DNA of 64,000 bases from Marsupella aquatica (taxonomy: Eukaryota > Plantae > Marchantiophyta), in the NCBI GenBank assembly GCA_973895155.1, contig OZ316896.1:18340754-18404753 (forward strand). Reading direction: 5' to 3'. The position numbers were made by a program, and so were the translations under genes. Shown in pieces: positions 1 to 12,354 of this stretch; within the stretch, counting starts at the first letter, position 1, and each line of letters starts with the position of its first letter. The notes beneath the pieces are model-generated. The model was not told the DNA's origin, made no database searches, and saw only the letters and a program-made list of their open reading frames with translations.

Positions 1-2467
1 TCTTGATGGCTTATCCCCTACCAAACAAGTCACTCCTTCCAGGGAGTGTAATGTATTTTAGTCTGTATCCTTAGAGGGATGCATGTGGTGCAAACTTCCT
101 GCTCCTACGTTCAAGATTCATGTTTCCATTGGCCAGGCATTACTAGAGAAGGCACCATTGGAGCAATGTAAAGTAATGGCCTAGTGTCACCAGTGAATAA
201 AATATTATGTGCACATTCCTGGCTTTCTCAATTTTGAAGCTGCTGTACTCTGTGTTTGTCCATAATGGGTATGAAGGGTTACCCCAGATGGGAGCTCTTT
301 TTCCTTTGCCAGTTGAGGTCAATTCATCTTGGGAGGAGAGAATTCTTACACTCGGGTTCTGCACCGGTTTCATGTGCTTGATTCTACTTTGTTGGGGAGA
401 TCTGCAACCTTCGAAGCTACCAAAGTCTAGGTGTTGCCAAACTCTAAATTCGGCCAAGGGAATGCGATATTTGGACCCGAAATCAAAATAATAACGTCTG
501 GGGAAAGTTGCTTAACCTTGGCTGTGGGAAGTTAGCAAATAGATTCCTGAGTAGGACTTTGTAAGTCAAATTAGAAGCGGAACTCCCCGCAAAGAGCCAT
601 CGTGAGTTGTGGTTGTCCGTTAATCTCGGTTCCTGAAAGCTTTCCGCTCGATGAACCACGAACGGGAGCAGGTTTGAGCTCGCAGGTAAATCCTCTAGAG
701 AATGAAGTCCGCGAAATTACCCAGGGATATGGAGGGTGCTGATGGGGCTCGACACCTACTGTGAAATGAACGTCACGGCCACAGCAGAGTGCGAGTCACC
801 ATCGGCAGAGAGATAGCCTACTGCTCCACGGTCTGATGAGAGGAGGCAATTGCAGGGTGATTCACCCGGCGCCATTTGAAACCATGATTGTGAGAGGGAA
901 AAAGATTCGAGTACAACAACATCCTGACGTTTGGAGACTTTCGTTGATTTGACAGTAAGGAAGCAAAAGCTTTCGAACCTTGGTAGTAGGACTTCAGATG
1001 TTGAATAGGAACTTAGGAAGCAAGATTTGAGATCTGAAAGACATGGTGTTGAGTCAGCGTTGTCGTCCTAGTGTCCTACAGTACAAAATCGGCGACGCAC
1101 AAACGGTCACCTACTTTTCAGCTCCAGCCGAGCGCAATTTGCTCAAATCAGTGTCATGTTGAGTGAACACGCAGCCCTAGTGCACAATCTGGTGCAGCCA
1201 CGAGGTTGAGGTACCGACAAGCGATAACCGGGATTCCAGACTCCGAAGTCGTGTCGGATCTACTTTTCCGACGTTCGGGGGTCGATGCTTTTGCATGGGG
1301 GATTGAACAGCCGGACACGTTCTTCGGACACTGCAATAACATTAACGGCATCCTGAATTGGATCGTCGATCTGCGGCACGGGCGGCTTTTATACATGGTG
1401 GCTGCGAGCACTCATCATCTTCACTACTAGTCTAGTCAAATCCATACCTGTACCCCTTGACATAGTCAATCATTACTACGGCACCTCACTGGCACAGCCT
1501 CAAATTCATTCCTCTGCTGGGCAGGATTCACAGGAGCTTATCGTACACTGTAGAGAATGTTGGCCATAACTGAGACTTCGGTCAACTGTAGTTCGGTGGA
1601 CAAGGAGCATACTTTAGGATCCATTCTCCCTCTAGAGTTGTGAGATCGGCTAAGGTGCCTCACGTTTAAGTGGACCCGTTCTGGTTGTTTTTCTTGAGTT
1701 TAATTCGTGACTGCTCGATCGGTCTACAGTACTGTAGTTATCAATAAAGCTGCAGCCCAGAGGTCGTTGAGAATTGTCCTCAGTACTCGATATTTGTGTA
1801 CTCCCCGTTTTCACCTGAGGCAGATTCTTGGATGACGTACTGTACTCGGCCGATCTCCCGAAATAGAAAAGTTGCTCGACTCTTCTCACGCTTCGAACGA
1901 TTTTTTGTAGAGCAGAGAATTAGAAATTGTACCGTTTGAAGGACTATGGTGATTTGGCACGACGGTGTTCTTGTCGTAGCAGGTTTGCCAGAAGTTTCGA
2001 TGATCTTGCACGTCTTTTGAGCCTCATTACAAAGTGCACCGAGTTTCTCTTCATTAGAAACTTGTCAGGGAAGAAACGTCTTCCATTGTTAAAAGGTTGA
2101 CGCTCACTTTCACGAACGTGGAGGGGCCCTGTTGATCAATATCGTGACCTGGTCGGTGCATTAGAACTTAGAGCTACGGTAGAATGCGGGGGGATTGCGA
2201 GGTCCGGATCAGTGGAGGTGTGTCTGTCACATTTCGGCTTCGGATTGACGCGTCATCTGAATCTCGTCCGTGATCAGTGTCATTAACATTCGGAATGCTG
2301 TACACGGGGCTGTACATTTGCTTCGAGTTAGAATCAAAGCTGCTCGCTCTCTCTAATAGCTGATTGTTCGCCAATCGCCCACATTTGGTTGCTCTTCAAT
2401 AGAGTTGCAGATCTGAATCCGCCTCTCATTTGCGTCTCACCTGTTTCATTGCTCTCATCTTTTCGTC

Positions 2468-3394
2468 ATGAAGGTCCTAGTGATTGCAACCTCGATTGCA
2501 ACTCTTCTTCTTTCCATCGCCAGCGCTCGTGCTGATTACTCTTGGAAGCGTGGCTTTGTAACAACGTTCTTCGATACCTTTGTGGGCAATCCCGGATCCG
2601 GTCCCTCATCCTCGAACTGGCTCATAGACCGCGGCACATCCTATCCAGGTGGCTCCCCACAATGGGGGAATGCCGAGGTCGAACGGTACACCTCCCATTC
2701 ATCCAACCTCGCCATTACCGAAAGAAAAACCTTGGCCATCACACCACAGCTGAACTCTCATGGCAACTGGACTTCCGGTCGAATCGAGACGGCTCGCTCC
2801 GATTTTGCGTGCACTCAAGGTGGAAAACTCTTCATCGAAGCTAGAATTAAGCTCGGACTTGCGCCGGAGTCCAAAATGCAAGGTATCTGGCCCGCCTTCT
2901 GGGCTCTTGGCTCAAAATTCCGTGGCAATTACTCGAACTGGCCGATGATCAGTGAATGGGACATCATGGAAAGCACCAACGGTCTTCCTCGGATGTACAC
3001 CACCATCCATTGCGGCTACGCTCCTGGGGGCCCCTGCAACGAGTACAGCGGAATTGCGAATCATAACAATTTTACTAGGGGAAAATGGCACAAAGTCGGC
3101 TTCGAAGTCGATCGCAGTATGAGCAAGAATGGGAGTAGTGGAACATGGCGGAACGAGACTTTGAGCTGGTACTTGAATGGTCAAACAGTGTTCAGTGTTA
3201 CCGGTGCCAGGGTAAATGATGAGCAAGCCTGGACGGAGTTGGCGCACGAGCCACACTTTTTGCTGTTGAATGTTGCTGTTGGCGGCTCGTTTCCGAATGC
3301 TATAGCAGGGGGATTGACTCCAACTAATGCAACCATTGGTGGAAAGAAAGCTAGGATGGAAGTCGATTACGTCGGTGTTTGGAATTCGGTCTGA
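2468..3394 (+). CDS. Secreted glycoside hydrolase family 16 (laminarinase-like endo-beta-1,3-glucanase), intronless, fungal/actinobacterial type
   Basis: 308-aa ATG-initiated ORF with a hydrophobic signal peptide (MKVLVIATSIATLLLSIASARA). GH16 motifs: WGNAEVERY, WTSGRIET, GIWPAFWALG, catalytic ExDxxE (EWDIME), LLLNVAVGG and MEVDYVGVW. Confidence 0.93.
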   Translation: MKVLVIATSIATLLLSIASARADYSWKRGFVTTFFDTFVGNPGSGPSSSNWLIDRGTSYPGGSPQWGNAEVERYTSHSSNLAITERKTLAITPQLNSHGNWTSGRIETARSDFACTQGGKLFIEARIKLGLAPESKMQGIWPAFWALGSKFRGNYSNWPMISEWDIMESTNGLPRMYTTIHCGYAPGGPCNEYSGIANHNNFTRGKWHKVGFEVDRSMSKNGSSGTWRNETLSWYLNGQTVFSVTGARVNDEQAWTELAHEPHFLLLNVAVGGSFPNAIAGGLTPTNATIGGKKARMEVDYVGVWNSV

Positions 3395-4492
3395 TGGGTT
3401 TTCCATGCAGAAGGAAAAGCCTTAGCGAGTTTATTTGTTGCACTGTAGCATTGAGCGATCAAAAGTAGGCGATGAGTTGCAGTGTATGTTCTGTTCACCT
3501 GTGGGAGGGAAAGCTCTGTAACAAGAGGACTCTATCATGAAGTCTTCACTGGCCTCCGGTCCGCATACCGTCTTTCCAGCGAAAATTTTACTGCTCTCAT
3601 GTGAGAGAGACAGAGAGCGCGCAAGGACCGCATCGGATCGAGGTGACAGACTTGGACCATTAGACTTGTTATTGTACCCGTCACCGACCCACGAAGTGTA
3701 GGGTCAGTGACTAAAGAGTTCATGCATCTATTCACATGAGTTCAATAAAAGATGTATTTTTCAACTGTTGCGACTGCACGAAAACCTTTGGCTGTGAAGG
3801 TTTGGGAGCCTTGTCTCGAAGCTGTTATCTACGAGCCGTTCTATAGGTCAAAAAGAGCAGGTTACTGTCACATTGAGTCCTCCGACTGCAGCAAATAATT
3901 CACGTAGCGCAGCAGAGTAAGACTCTGTCTCTGTCGGACACTCAGCATGGAGTTTCGAGTGGAGAAGGAAGGAAGAGGTCGGGAAAGATGGAGGGTTTAG
4001 GACGCCCCACTCGTATGATGGTCGACTTGGTAGGTTGAGTCCACGGAGGAGAATGAGGAATGAGTTCGTTTTTGAGAAGTGGTTGATTTGATGAAATGAA
4101 TGTCTGCCGATCGTTGCAAGCCGTACTTGGAGCTGTGGATCAGCAATTCCACAAATCTACATCCAATGGCCAAAGCTTTTGCGAGGGAGGGTAGAGAAGG
4201 CTTCCAATTAGGAGGTCGCAGTGTCAATCAATCTATGGCGGAAGCTTGGGATTGAGAAGCATTTAGAGCAGTAATTGAAAGTCCTTCCATTATGTCAAAT
4301 TCTCTTTGCTAAAAGCATAATACAACGGTCACAGTCCCCTAACGTTTCACGATCACGCAGAACCCGACCGGTGAGGGATCCATCACATCACAGCAAGGGG
4401 CAGGGGCCAAGGCTAACTAGCTCAAAGATTGAGAGCGTGTAATTACATTCACACTAGAGGTCCTTTCCAAAATTCTTGGCACTACATTTCGT

Positions 4493-4720
4493 CAAGTCAA
4501 CAACAATGCCAAATCAACAACAAACAAGACTCAAGTCAATAACAATGCCAAATCAACAACAAACAAGACTCAAGTCAATAACAATGCCAAGTCAACAACA
4601 ATGCCAAATCAACAACAAACAAGACTCAAGTCAATAACAATGCCAAGTCAACAACAACTCCAGCAAACAAGATTCAAGTCAACAACAATGCCAAGTCAAT
4701 AATAACCCTAACAAACAAAA
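4493..4720. repeat. CAA-rich minisatellite (caagtcaacaacaatgccaaatcaacaacaaacaagact-type units)
   Basis: Directly visible tandem units of ~39 bp plus ~17-bp sub-units, followed by a very AT-rich tract. Confidence 0.9.
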
Positions 4721-7700
4721 CTCATTAATTTTGTGATTCAAATTTAGCGTTTTTATTCATGTTTGTGTCGTATAAATTTTGGGACACCATACAGTAAAAA
4801 AAATAAAAAATTGAAAATACAAAAAGCAAGACAATTAAAACTATAATTTTAATTATATTTTTAATTTTAAAATTTAAATTCAAAAATTTATAAAAAATAT
4901 ATTTCATATAACAAACAATGACTAATAATTAACTTGATAAATTCTTTGTTAAAAGATAATTGACATTGGAGTAAAATTTCCAGTCCTTTGTTTTTAAGGT
5001 AAATTGCTAGCCATGGTCTAAACTAAATTGCTAATCATGGTCCGAACTTGAACATCAAATTAATTTATAAATTAATTTATACAATTCATTTGATGAGACA
5101 TTCATCTAATTACAAATAAACTTATCACATATTGAATTCTCTATAACTTGAAAATTTGATAGCATATAACAAAAAAGACTGATTTTGACAATTGCTTATG
5201 ATAATCATGTTATCAATTAGACAAGGGGTCCACTAATTAATTCTGTAAAGAACTCATTCTTCTGGGCGAGGCAAACGTGCCCCTGAGTATTATGTCAGTA
5301 AGCACGAGTACGGTGGGCATCCTCGTCCTCCAATGGTTGAAATATTGCGAATACTTCTCTCGGTTACGATATTGACTCGCCATGAGGTGTTTGAGTGGGT
5401 CTCTTGCTACTGGCTTCCGAGGCGAAACGTCGAGCTGGAGTGTCGGAAGGAGTTCCTTCGACTAAGTCGCGAAAGGATTTCCCCGTAGGAGTGTCGACTA
5501 AACTAATTCCCCCCAGTACCAATATTCCCTCATTGGGCCTTGCTGTGGTCTTTTCACTATCACTCGACCTCTTGTCGGTGAGAAACGTGCGCAAACTGAA
5601 TGTTGACAAAGGCTTGAACAGCATGGCAAAGCTTGCGTCCACCTCGCTGATCAATGAGCCTCCAGAGGTGGGCCTTCGGTTAAATCGTACAATCCTTTTT
5701 CTAACGCTGCAGACACTAGATATATACTGCAATTCCTGTTCTGCAGTTTTCTGCGTCTCGTTCTCTCATCTTCGGCATCAAGGGCGTCTTTGAAACGTGC
5801 CATTCGATTCTGAGAAATACCCTCCAATCAAGGTTCATTGGTTTGGTTGATAATTGACAATTGCCTCTGGTGGTGTTATGGAATCGTCTTCTGCTTACAT
5901 CTCTGATGGAGGCGACAGTTTTTAATTCCAGCTTTCCTCTTATCCACTTCTGGCTTCAGAGGGGTATCTTTTGCAGTTGTCTTAGTTGCGGTTCCTTCCA
6001 GCTTTTCATATACAAGCAAACTGGTCATTCTTGCTGCACCAAAAGTACGAGTAACCTCGAAGACATTGCTGCACAGATTTCAGCATAGCAAGTACTCAGT
6101 GTGCTCAATGCTGAAGCATTGCCCAAGTAGTTTCAGCAACGATCTCCAACTGTTAAAAATTGGACTCTGTTTCTTGCCAATGAGTGAAGGGCAAGCAATA
6201 CTCGTCGTATGATTAACATGACATGACGTAGCTTGTTCGATTTTTCGGATCGGTTGCAACACAGTTTGTAGAAGCCCGTTCCTTGGGGTGAAACGTCATT
6301 TGGTATTCATAGTCTACTCGTGATGTTCAGGCTGCGTCCGTCTTCTTCATAGTACACTGCCAAACAGTGAAGAAACAATTATAAATGCATACAGTGGAAT
6401 TTGATGTCGAGTCGTAAAAACATTTCTGGCTGATTAAGACTGACCAGATACTATTAAGTTGTGTCCGCCTTTGCAGTGTGATACATGATTTTGTCACAGC
6501 AGGTGCCAAGTTGCTGATCTTCCTCTCCCACTTGAACCAGTTGAATCTCGAAATTTCAAAGCAAGATCGGAAACATAACTTTTCTGTTGACTCTCTGTCA
6601 ACATATAGTTTATGTTTTCGATTGTTTGTCAAGAGCAAGCAAGTTCCTGGAATGTTTCGACTCGCCAGTTTAAAAGCTGAAGCGGGTTGTAATTTGTTAT
6701 CACAGTGCCCAAGGGCAAAGAAACACCGAACCGGGAGACATGATCCCAAGGGCAAAGCAACCCAATGAAGGGAAGGAAAAAGGGGGGAAGGGCCCCAAGA
6801 AAAACATGCCAAGGGGACCCCAACCAACAGACAATGAAGAAGCAGGGGCCAAAAACGGGAACCAACAAAAGAGCCAAGTAGGCCAACACCCTACTGAACG
6901 GAGAACTGAAAAGCCTGGTAGAGTTCCGGAGTAAACCGCATAGGAGGGTCACGTAGCGGAACCTGTCGGGAAGCCCTAAAACCAACTGTCTCAGCCGTAC
7001 TAAGCATGTGGTCTTTGTTACTCTTTAATCGCTGCCCACATTTTCTTTTGTAAATTGGATGTTCTTTATCTATAGCAACAAAGCATTCTCATCACAGGCA
7101 GAGGACATTCTGTCTTTTTATTTTTATTTTATATTTAGTCAAAGGCATCAAGCACAGAATTTATTGGGAACAGTACATTGTCTAGACACTAACGTAGGAA
7201 ATTTTTGACAGGGACAAAGTAAGTTAATGCTCTCCCTATCCAAATGAAAGCTCCCGGCATAAATTTTTCGTAACACAAGCAATTGGTTTGGGCAAGTTCA
7301 GGTGAATAATCCTTCGTTACCTCGGATTTTAATGAGCTTTCTGTACAGCTTGTGGGGTTGATGTCATGCATGGAGATGGAAGGTAAAACGTTTGTCCCAC
7401 TAGGAACAGCAATCATGAGCTCCACTGGTGATGCAGGAGCGGGTTGACAAGGAGTTTTGATTATATCCCAACTTCTCATAGTAATCCCAGTTTGCCACAC
7501 GCCACTCCGTCCAACCTCCATCTCCTAACGTGACAGCACCAAATCTACCAGAAGTGGAAAAAGCTCAAGTAGCAAACTAGAGATTTCAACCCGCATTTGA
7601 GACCAGTGAACATTTAGATTCAAGGCTCTTGTCCGGGCCATCGGCAGATGTAGGCCGATTTGTTTGTCATCAGATGTCAGTTAGAATTTGAGATCAATGA

Positions 7701-8865
7701 AGAAAATTTAGATTGAAGGAGCTGTCGGGTCATCAGTAGATGTAGCCCAATCTATTCTCATTCGCCCTCAAACAAACGGAGAAGTTTGTCCATTTGGAGT
7801 TGCGCAATTAGAAAACTCGTGAGTTAATTTGTCGTGAATTCCTTCCACCAAAATCGCCGCCCTCGATTACTTTGCTGACGACCTGTACTTCTTACTGTAA
7901 GCACTCGTTCACTCGGTAGATTTGACAACTTACGGTGGAGTGAAACCAGCCAATGGGTCCAGATCTAGCCCGTGGGATCACGTTCTTTGCCATTGTAACT
8001 GTAGCACGTTTGTGGGGTGATAAGACCATATAGATTTTCCAGTTGCTGACTGTCTGAACAATGCTTATCTGGAAAGGGATGACATGAAGTCGGTGTAGTA
8101 GCAGGAATGATGATGAACCAAATCATCACTGCTATGAATGAATTCTGATCGTTGGTCAGCTTACTCATCGACATACTCGATTGACTTGGCACTGTCTTGA
8201 AAAGAGTTAAGTGTCAAAATGGTTTGTTGCTCGTTTCAAGCAATGACGCTTTTTCTGTGCTGTCCAGGAAGCCTGTCGCAAATCTAATCTAGGGGCACGA
8301 CGAGTACCTCATCCACATCGATGTTCCGGGAGAAGGTAAAAATCAGCGAGGACACAGATGAAGACATGATCTAACTTCTTATTGGACTCTCATTTCACAA
8401 AGGTCACGCTTTAATAGACATCGGCTGGTTGAACACCAATGTGGAGACTTTAAGAGATGCCGATAATGAGAGAGGAGGATCACTTTTTCATCACAGAAAA
8501 TGCAATACAGAGGTTTGGTCGATGAGAACCTAAAAGTAACCAGAATGAAATGAAGAATCGTTATCGATTAACCTCGCAACTCAATCTGTAATACTGGCTA
8601 CAAGTCATTACTCTCCCCGTAGTGCCAACTTTGATGATTGCTATTGTGATTTTTTGCGATCTAAAATGGACAATCACATTTCTGAGTTTCCCTGACAGTC
8701 AAATGCACTATCCACCATATTCCACCTCGTCTATATCGTGTAAAAGTAAGTTCGTGTTCACCATATCCTTCAGTGCTGATTGCAACCACGATTGACATGA
8801 TTTCCAACCAAAGACTATCTGTAAATGACATCATATCAGAGTGCAGCGAGAACACAAATTTTCAT

Positions 8866-9543
8866 TCAAGAATCAAGGAAGGTGATGTTGTGCTCCAGAG
8901 GAGCACGGCGAACACGTAGGTGATTCGCTTTAAAATCCTCATCTTCGTAACCAATGGCAACACCACAAATAATCACCAACTCGGGAGGAATGTTGAGCTC
9001 CTTGCGAATGATATCAGGGTAAGCCGCGAGCGAGACCTCACAGCAGCTCCCAACACCGCGAGCAGTGAGTTCCAAGAGTAGCGTCTGCACAAACATTCCC
9101 ACACTCATCGCATCTGCCGGCCCCAAAGCCTGATGTATGCAAACGATAGCCACCACGGGAGCACCGAAGAATTCCCAATTCCGCATCACCGCCTCGGACC
9201 GCGCCTCTTTGTCCTCGCGCTTGATTCCCATAGCGCCATACACCACTGCTCCCAGCTCCTGCCGGAAATGCTTGAACTCCTCAGGAAGAGCTGGCACCGT
9301 GGGCGGTACTCGCTTGCACTCCGCTAACAATGCCTCCCTGAGGCGGTCACGAGGAGCGCCCTCAGCTATGTAGATGTTCCAGGGTTGGATGTTGGAGTTG
9401 GAGGGCGCGTGCTGAGCGAGGTTGAGCGCATCCATGAGGATGGAGCGTGGGACGGGCGTGGAGACGAACTTTCGCGTAGAGTGACGGGTAAGAATTGCTT
9501 CCTCCAAATCATGGTGCTTTTCTGTTCCGTTAGCCGACGCCAT
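8866..9543 (-). CDS. Nitroreductase family flavoprotein (FMN-dependent), intronless
   Basis: The ATG at 9543 gives 225 aa (the ORF-track extension to 9618 uses GTG and lies in a repeat). Motifs: RHSTRKF, AQHAPSNSNIQPW, FFGAPV, SVGMFVQTLLLELTARGVGSC, ICGVAIGY. Confidence 0.92.
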   Translation of the reverse strand: MASANGTEKHHDLEEAILTRHSTRKFVSTPVPRSILMDALNLAQHAPSNSNIQPWNIYIAEGAPRDRLREALLAECKRVPPTVPALPEEFKHFRQELGAVVYGAMGIKREDKEARSEAVMRNWEFFGAPVVAIVCIHQALGPADAMSVGMFVQTLLLELTARGVGSCCEVSLAAYPDIIRKELNIPPELVIICGVAIGYEDEDFKANHLRVRRAPLEHNITFLDS

Positions 9544-9550
9544 AGCTGCA

Positions 9551-9903
9551 ACAAACTTCAGAAGCGAGTTCAGAGCCCTGATAGGATATGAACTTTTGGC
9601 TCTCACGCTTGGGGACACGGTCTTAAATCGAATTGAAGTTAGCTTCTCGATGGACTGTCCACCTTAGCAAACTTCAGAAGTCTTAAATCGATTGAAGCTT
9701 AGCTTCTCGATTGACTGTCCACCTTAGCAAACTTCAGAAGTCTTAAATCGAATTGAAGCTTAGCTTCTCGATGGACTGTCCACCTTTTGTAAACTTCAGA
9801 AGCAAGTTCAGAGCACTGATAGGAAATGAACTTTTGGCTCTCTGATTTTGGGACACGGTCTTAAATCGAATTGACCATTAGCTTCTCGATTGACTGTCCA
9901 CCT
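9551..9903. repeat. Compound tandem repeat immediately upstream of the nitroreductase start
   Basis: gtcttaaatcgaattga..ttagcttctcgatggactgtccacct occurs 4 times (~60-bp period in the middle). A ~115-bp block at ~9551 recurs at ~9790. Confidence 0.9.
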
Positions 9904-10553
9904 AGCATCCGCTGATGGTCGTCAAGTTTGTCCTCTCACTTGAGTACCCCAGATGATTTTTCACTCATTATATCTTCACAGCTTTGGAAAGTTAGCCTCT
10001 ATCTCTTGGGCAGGATTCTTATGGCAGCTTTTGCTACCAGTGATGTACCTAGAGTGGAATTGTCTGTTGCTGATGTTTCTTCTAGTGTCGTTTTTTGGGG
10101 AAGACTTCTACTCTTTTGCTGACAGGTTTTCTGCAGACTGATCACTGATGAGGTTTCGATCGGGATTATCGACGGGTAATGCGAATCAAACGTAGCAAGA
10201 TATGCTGTCGCCCAATAACAGTCCTGTCGTTAATCATTAAAATAATGCTTTCGTTGGTTGAAGGAAATTGAATTCTACAACTTGAACTTGCTAGAACTTG
10301 AGTGCCGCCGCCAGATGCACCTCTCGGGACCAAAACTGGCCGAGAGTTACGACGAAGAAGACTTGCTCACCCTGGTTCTAGAAACCGGCGATCTAGAATC
10401 AGAGAATCCTGTCCTAGAATCGAACTCAGCCAAGTAATTTCCTTTTCGATAAGTTCAGGTGACATCGGAGCGACGTCAATGCACGCTGACGTAGGAAGAG
10501 CGACGCATTGTACGCTGACGTCGGAGGAGCGACGACTACGGTTTCGTATAGGG

Positions 10554-10691
10554 TAATGCAGGTCTGGGCACAGGGTTACTAGGCTGTAACCCCGCTTCCG
10601 GAATATGAAAAGAAACTGACCGGCGGCAGCCAGGAAGCTTCTTTGAATATTCCGGGAGCAGGTTACAGCCTATAACCCCAGCCCTGCATTA
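10554..10691. repeat. Imperfect fold-back / MITE-like inverted repeat
   Basis: taatgcaggtctggg...ggttactaggctgtaacccc.cttccggaatatgaaaag pairs with ctttgaatattccgggagcaggttacagcctataaccccagccctgcatta (~55-60-bp arms). Confidence 0.75.
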
Positions 10692-11047
10692 GCGTACATA
10701 ACTCCTGCTCGGAAAGAGGTTACCGACTAAACTTTTCAGGACACCAGATTATGACTATAGCAGGCCCCTGTAAAAATGGCTACACACCGGTAACCTCTTC
10801 TCCTGACAGGATTTATGTTCGCTGACGCATACAACAGGTCGTTAACCACAGGTCGTTCGATGATTTTTATTGCTCTTCCCTTATCAGAGCTTGCCACGTA
10901 GTCAGCTTTACATCTCATTATTTTAAACCGTATTTTGAGATATAATTGTACAACAGGTAAAATGTGAATACAGTTGGGAAATTCAGGTGTATTTGTACAC
11001 CAGGTAATTTGTGGATACAGCTGGAAGATTCTAACAGCTGTTTGTTT

Positions 11048-12354
11048 TCAGTTAAAGTTTGTCTCCATACTTACTTTTATTGTCTCCGAATCAGTGGCAC
11101 ATCTCAATGCGGCTCGCACTTGATCCTCAGAACTATGATCATATTGTTCATATGCACCCTCGCTCTTGTGACCAGAAATCTTCATCCCGACTTTCGGAGG
11201 GACACCCTCAGCACCCATCCGCGAGATGCAAGTTGAGCGCCCTGTTTTGTTGGATACACCAGCTGTGCCTAGTCCTGCCTCTTGGTGTAAAACCTTAAGA
11301 CAGGAGCCCAACGTTTTCTCACCAAGTCTAGAAGTTGAATACCAAGCATGAGTTCTTGGATGATTGATGCATTGGTAAAAGAGAAATATGACACTTACTG
11401 GAAGGTGATGAATCAACATCCTGAGCGTTTCAAGCACATCGAAGTCATAGTTGATCACAGCAGGCCTGAAGTGCTCTTCTTGGTAACAATCCATGCTTAT
11501 TCGATAGTTCTTGCTAAGCCTCTCATCATATTTAACAAAACTACCATGCACATCATCTCCAAACATGAAATCACACTTCTTGAGATTGTAGAGTTCTTTC
11601 CCGCCACGGATACAAAATTGGTTTAGTAAAAAGAAGACTGCCCTCCGCTGTAGGCCTCTAGAATGTGTGACAGAAGTGCTCGAATGAGCCAGAATAGTAG
11701 CTTCATTAGCAAAGGTGATTACCGAGGCCTTCTTTCTTGGCAGGTTTGCACCTGCCTTCTTCGACCGCTCCATAGCCAAAACACATGCAATAGCCACCGG
11801 TTTGAAGAGAGGGGAAGATCTCATGTCAAACACTGGCTCTTCCTTACCTGTTTCGATGACGCGTCTCTCTTGTTCTTCCTGAGAATGCGATGGAAGGCGC
11901 GGTACAGTCCAATCAGGGTCTGAGAGGGATAGAGGTCACCATCTTTCTTGCAAACTTGCTCAAAAAACTTGGTGAGCAGCATTACACAGTCTCGACCAGG
12001 TATTTCCTCGAACGGAATGGCAATGCCGAACCCCTTGAACTCACGAGACTTGTTAAGGCGATTCACTGCCCATTGATCAACCGCAGCACTTGGATTACTG
12101 CCACCCTCGGCAAGGGTGCGCTGAAACTGCTGATCTTCAGGAAGAAACTCACATGAAGAACCGTTCGGAAGATTGACTATTAGCAGTTGTGAGGACATCG
12201 ATTCAAGGGCAATAATATTTGGGTCTCCATTCAGGTTCTGTATATCTGACTCTAAACTAGTATACGATTCAGCGCTAGATAAACACTCAGTCAATGGCTC
12301 AAGCACTATTCCAGATGAGGTTGTGTCTGTCGAAGTCATCGCAGACATTCCCAA
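11048..12354 (-). pseudogene. DUF3504/Crypton-type tyrosine recombinase, frameshifted near 11876
   Basis: Two overlapping ORFs join by a 1-nt shift (RILRK / EQERRVIETGKEEPVFDMRSS). Motifs: FFEQVCKKDGDLYPSQTL, FCIRGGKE, SKN, WYSTSRLG, SNKTGRSTCISRM, ISGHKS and YEQY, matching the R..K..HxxR..H..Y layout of tyrosine recombinases with H replaced by K. Confidence 0.8.

Noticed and set aside
143-2400. Short ORFs possibly from a retroelement
   Set aside because: No gag/RT/integrase motifs or LTR pair could be recognised.
4410-4445. tRNA-like A-box (tagctcaa..gagagcg); similar A/B-box-like words near 56360-56400
   Set aside because: No cloverleaf can be formed; at most these are decayed SINE heads.
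5364-8200. Several 100-166-aa ORFs
   Set aside because: Non-ATG starts or overlapping antisense frames, no recognisable domains and no consistent splice model.
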